Positions 60,276 to 64,000 of a stretch of DNA of 64,000 bases are shown here, piece by piece. The DNA is from Mobula hypostoma (taxonomy: Eukaryota). The first letter of the stretch is position 1; each line of letters begins with the position of its first letter. Position numbers and translations under genes: made by a program. A model generated the notes under the pieces. It saw nothing but the letters and a program-made list of their open reading frames with translations, did no database searches and had not been told where the DNA came from. The stretch covers positions 68,264,001 through 68,328,000 of the forward strand of contig NC_086097.1 in NCBI RefSeq assembly GCF_963921235.1, given 5' to 3'.

Positions 60276-61119
60276 CTTCCTATGCCCAATATTTCCACCT
60301 GTGGAAGGGTCTGCAGTTCCCACATCAGCCTCATTACCCAACTGAAACCCCACAAAACCAGAGTGTAAGTAAATCAGCCACAATCCCAAGGAAACTATTT
60401 AAGAACCATTACTACACAATTGTTTTTGATATTTTTTGAATTATTTGACGGAAGTTCAGTTGAGGCCTGGGACTCAGCCTGTGATGCTGGTGTAATTAAG
60501 CTTTTCATTTCACCTGTGCATATTTGTACTTACCCAGTGTTTTCTATTACAGTACTTCATAAAACTTTACAGAAGATTACATTCCATATAAGTTTTTGGG
60601 AAAATATGCATTACAATATTCTGCTTTGTAAGTTACCATTACCTCCCAAAGAACCTCAGGACTGTTAGATCTGCAACCTATTTTCAGCTCTCCCTGACAA
60701 ATCCATATCTTCCTGAGATTTGTTTATTTATTGTGTGCCCATTTAACTTTCCAGGATTTCCATTTCATTTGCTGAAGTCAATGACTTTGTTTGAAATATA
60801 TTTATTCAAGAAGAGCTTATTCCTTCTATTCTTCTATAGAAACTGAGGAAGGATTCATTCAGAAAATGTACTCCTTACTCATCATTCAGCATCAAATTAA
60901 TTTGCTTCAGTATTACCTTCCATCTGACAGCTTTTGATATTGTGGAACTTCTTGACTGCCAATCTTGACTTCAGATGTTTTGCTTTCTGCCTTCTGATAT
61001 AACACACAGCTGCTTAGTGAAGTTCTCCTTCACTGCAGCAAGAGTTTACAAACTGTGTATCTGCTTTGTATCTTGTTTAATTTACTTGTTGATCAATCTA
61101 CCTGTAGGTTATATTTGTA

Positions 61120-61480
61120 GAGTCAAGTCAAGTTGCTTTTATTGTCACTTCAACCATAACTGCTGGTACGGTTCACAGTAAAAACAAAACAACGTTCCTC
61201 CAGGACCATGATGCTACATGAAACAACACAAAACTACATTGGACTTCAGACCTACATGGGACTAAATAAAGTGGACAAAACAGTGCAAGACAGTCCAATA
61301 ATTAATAAACAAGACAATAGGCGCAGTAAAGGACAAATTACAATATAATAATAAATGATATAAATGTAAACAATGCTTTAGCAGGAGTTGAGAAAGAAAT
61401 GAGAAAAATTGCAAAGGGAGTGGGGTGGTGTTCGGTTGAGTGTGTGTGTGTGTAGGTTGGTGTCAGACTAGACTCTGGGA
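61120..61480 (-). mobile_element. Rex1-type LINE 3' UTR
   Basis: (agtca)n tail and UTR similar to 23606-23760. Confidence 0.6.
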
Positions 61481-61483
61481 ATA

Positions 61484-61738
61484 CACTCAGTGCCATTTTA
61501 TTAGTTACAGCTGAACACCTGCTTATTAATGCAAGTATCAAATCAGCCAATCATATGGCAGCAACTCAATGCATAAAAGCATGCAGACGTGGTCAAAGGG
61601 TTCAGTTGTTGTTCAGAACAAACATCAAACTGGGTAAGAAATGCGATCTAAGAGACTTTGAACATGGAATGATTATTGGTTTATTGGTTTGAGTATCTCA
61701 GAAATTGCTGTTCTTCTGGGATTTTCATGCACAACAGT
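61484..61738 (+). mobile_element. Tc1-like transposon 5' end
   Basis: TA then cactcagtg; transposase N-terminus (M)GKKCDLRDFEHGMIIG...LSISEIAVLLGFSCTTV from 61630; truncated at a (TG)n run. Confidence 0.8.
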
Positions 61739-61899
61739 GTGTGTGTGTGCGTGTGTGTGCGCGCATGTTGTGGGACCTGGTGGAAGGTGGGTGCAGGCAA
61801 ATCTGCAAGAAGATTTCTCAACATATGTCAGTGATATTAGACCTGATTCTGATATTACAGAAATGTACTAAAGATGCAAGATAGAGAGTTAAGGTGACT

Positions 61900-63325
61900 G
61901 ATTAGAACAGTGTTATAGTGAAGTACAAAGAAGGAGAGGAATTTCTGAACTTCCTTGATCAGTATGTTTCTAATTAGGAAAGAGGCATCATGAGAATTCT
62001 GGACAGTAGGTGGTGAAGCACATCTCTGGGAAGAAATGATCCCTAAATCACAAAGCTAATATTAATGTGGTGAGGGACAGAGAGAAATCCAAAGTAGAAC
62101 TTCTGAAAAAAAGATGAGGGAAATTCTGAGCCACTTGAGAAAAGACCCAGCCAAGATAAATTGGATCTAAATATTAGTAGGTAAAATTGAAAAGAACAAT
62201 TTTTTGTACAATCTTTATAAATGCACTTAAGCAGAAATGCTACTGAACCAAGCCAGCGAACTTGGATGGCAAAGGATACGGAGTATATTATGAAAGGACA
62301 ACATTCCACGTATGAAACATGCCAGGAAATAATTCCAGTAAAAATATAAGTGAATATAATAAGTTAAGATGAGACTACAAAAGGAAAACATGAGGAAAGA
62401 AGGAACATAAAAAAAAAGGGCGGCTAACGTAAAAACCTTCTGTAGTAATGCAATGGGCAGGTGGGTAATAAGAAGAGAGATAGGATAGTTAGGGATAAAG
62501 CAAGTGAGCTATAAATGGAATCAAACTGGGCACCTCATTTGACTTTTTACCAAAAAAAATTCTGTCAAAATCTTAGTAGAATGGGAGGTGTAAACATAGT
62601 TGGTTGGTTGAAAATTCAGAAGGAGGAGGTACTAGAAAGGCCAGCTACATTTTAACTTACCAGGTCCAGATGGGATGCGTCATTGGCTGCTTATGGAGGT
62701 GGGATGGAGATTTCAGATGGCTTTGTCATAAACTTCCATTCTCTCTATACAAAGGGGAAATGCCAGAAACTAGAAAATGGCAAATGTAATACTCTTTTTC
62801 AAAGAGCAATGTAAGGGCATGCCACACAGTTGCAGGGTAGTTAATTTAACCTTGGTTTTCAAGGTTGCAGAGAGATTAATCACAGCAAACCTTCATGAGC
62901 AACGGAGAAGTTTGTTTGATAAAGAGAAGCCAGCACAGATTTGTTATTGCCATGTTGTGCTTGACTAGCTTCCTTATAATTTCTGATGAATCAGAATCAG
63001 TTTTATTATCACTGTCTTATACGATATATGTTGTTTTACAGCAGTACAATGCAAAAATATTTAAAAATTACTATAAGTTCCAAAATAAATAGCACAAAAC
63101 AAAAGAAATAATGAGTTAGTGCTCATGGTTCATGGATCATTCAGAAATATGATGTTTCTGAATCATTGAGTGTTGGCCTTTAAGCTTCTAAACCTTCTCC
63201 CTGATGGTAATAATGAGAATACAGCCAGTCAATGAAAGAGGTACAAATGTTACCCAAAAGGTGTTTGATAAAGTTCTATAACAAAAGCTGGTGAACATAC
63301 TGAGGCTCATGGAATTGAAAGGTCA
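61900..63325 (+). mobile_element. Highly decayed CR1 LINE with nested Rex1-type 3' end (about 62988-63220, minus strand)
   Basis: EEFLNFL, GPDG, MPETRK.ANVILFFKE...CRVVNLT, QHRF, KRCLIKF remnants; (gaatca)n tail at 62988. Confidence 0.65.
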
Positions 63326-64000
63326 CAATATGCATATAATTACTGCTGCAAAGCTGCAAGTTCTGTCCCATGATCAATCTGATTTATACTGCAAGATATT
63401 GAAAAAATACTCAATTCCAAGACACAGTGGTACCTAGGAACTGGATATTCTCTCCTGGGCGCAGTTCCATTTCCTCCTCACCCAGAGACTTCAAAGGATC
63501 CAGACATGCCGGTGTAAGATGTTCCTTTCCTCAAAGCCTTGTTTAAAATATACCCAACGAATGCTGGATGCCTACTAATAGACGTCAAGGAAATTGAAGT
63601 ATAGAAATAATGAACTGGGAGCTTTAATTTCTGATATCAACCAGATATCAAAAATGGCTCAATAGCAGCCAGCTATAAAGCTTGCTACATCTTGCTGGTG
63701 GTTCTGAAATGGAAGTGGAACATCCATACAAGGACAGGTATGGTGCCATTGGAATGTATCTTTGAATGAGGGCCCTATTTGCCTGTTGTGTTTTTAAATA
63801 GTTGACATTATTATGGAAAGGAGCCCACAGGAGTGATACTATATTCCTGTTGTTGTTTCTGTGGGCTGCAAGGTTAAAATTTATCCCACAAGTTTGATGC
63901 GTCCTGACATTATTCTGTTACTCATAAAGGTTCTCAGAATAGGCATTTAAGTTATCTGACAGTCCACATCCCTATTATTTGCAACTACTTCAGCATTCTC

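Overview
This is AT-rich eukaryotic DNA, dense in repeats and apparently intronic or intergenic. The repeat mix (CR1 LINEs with (ctatgtt)n-type tails, Rex1/Babar and RTE LINEs, V-SINE/HE1-like SINEs, Penelope elements, sushi-type chromoviruses) suggests a vertebrate, most likely a cartilaginous fish; that assignment is inference. I found no intact host gene, rRNA, functional tRNA or CRISPR array, and every ORF I can recognise is a decayed transposon fragment. Main elements: a Buster-type hAT transposon (10-3594); a structurally complete but decayed chromodomain Ty3/Gypsy element with an 11-nt self-priming signature (9446-14748); a second, fragmented chromovirus (36074-41590); an internally deleted LTR element (19162-20717); two Penelope-like elements with GIY-YIG domains and hammerhead ribozyme motifs; and many nested LINE/SINE/Tc1 pieces. 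The best leads are a set of 100-200 bp Penelope-terminus insertions, each with its own target-site duplication (TSD) and a strand inversion at the hammerhead core, and the tRNA-independent priming structure of the Gypsy element. I cannot show that either is undescribed. Boundaries marked approximate were placed by eye.
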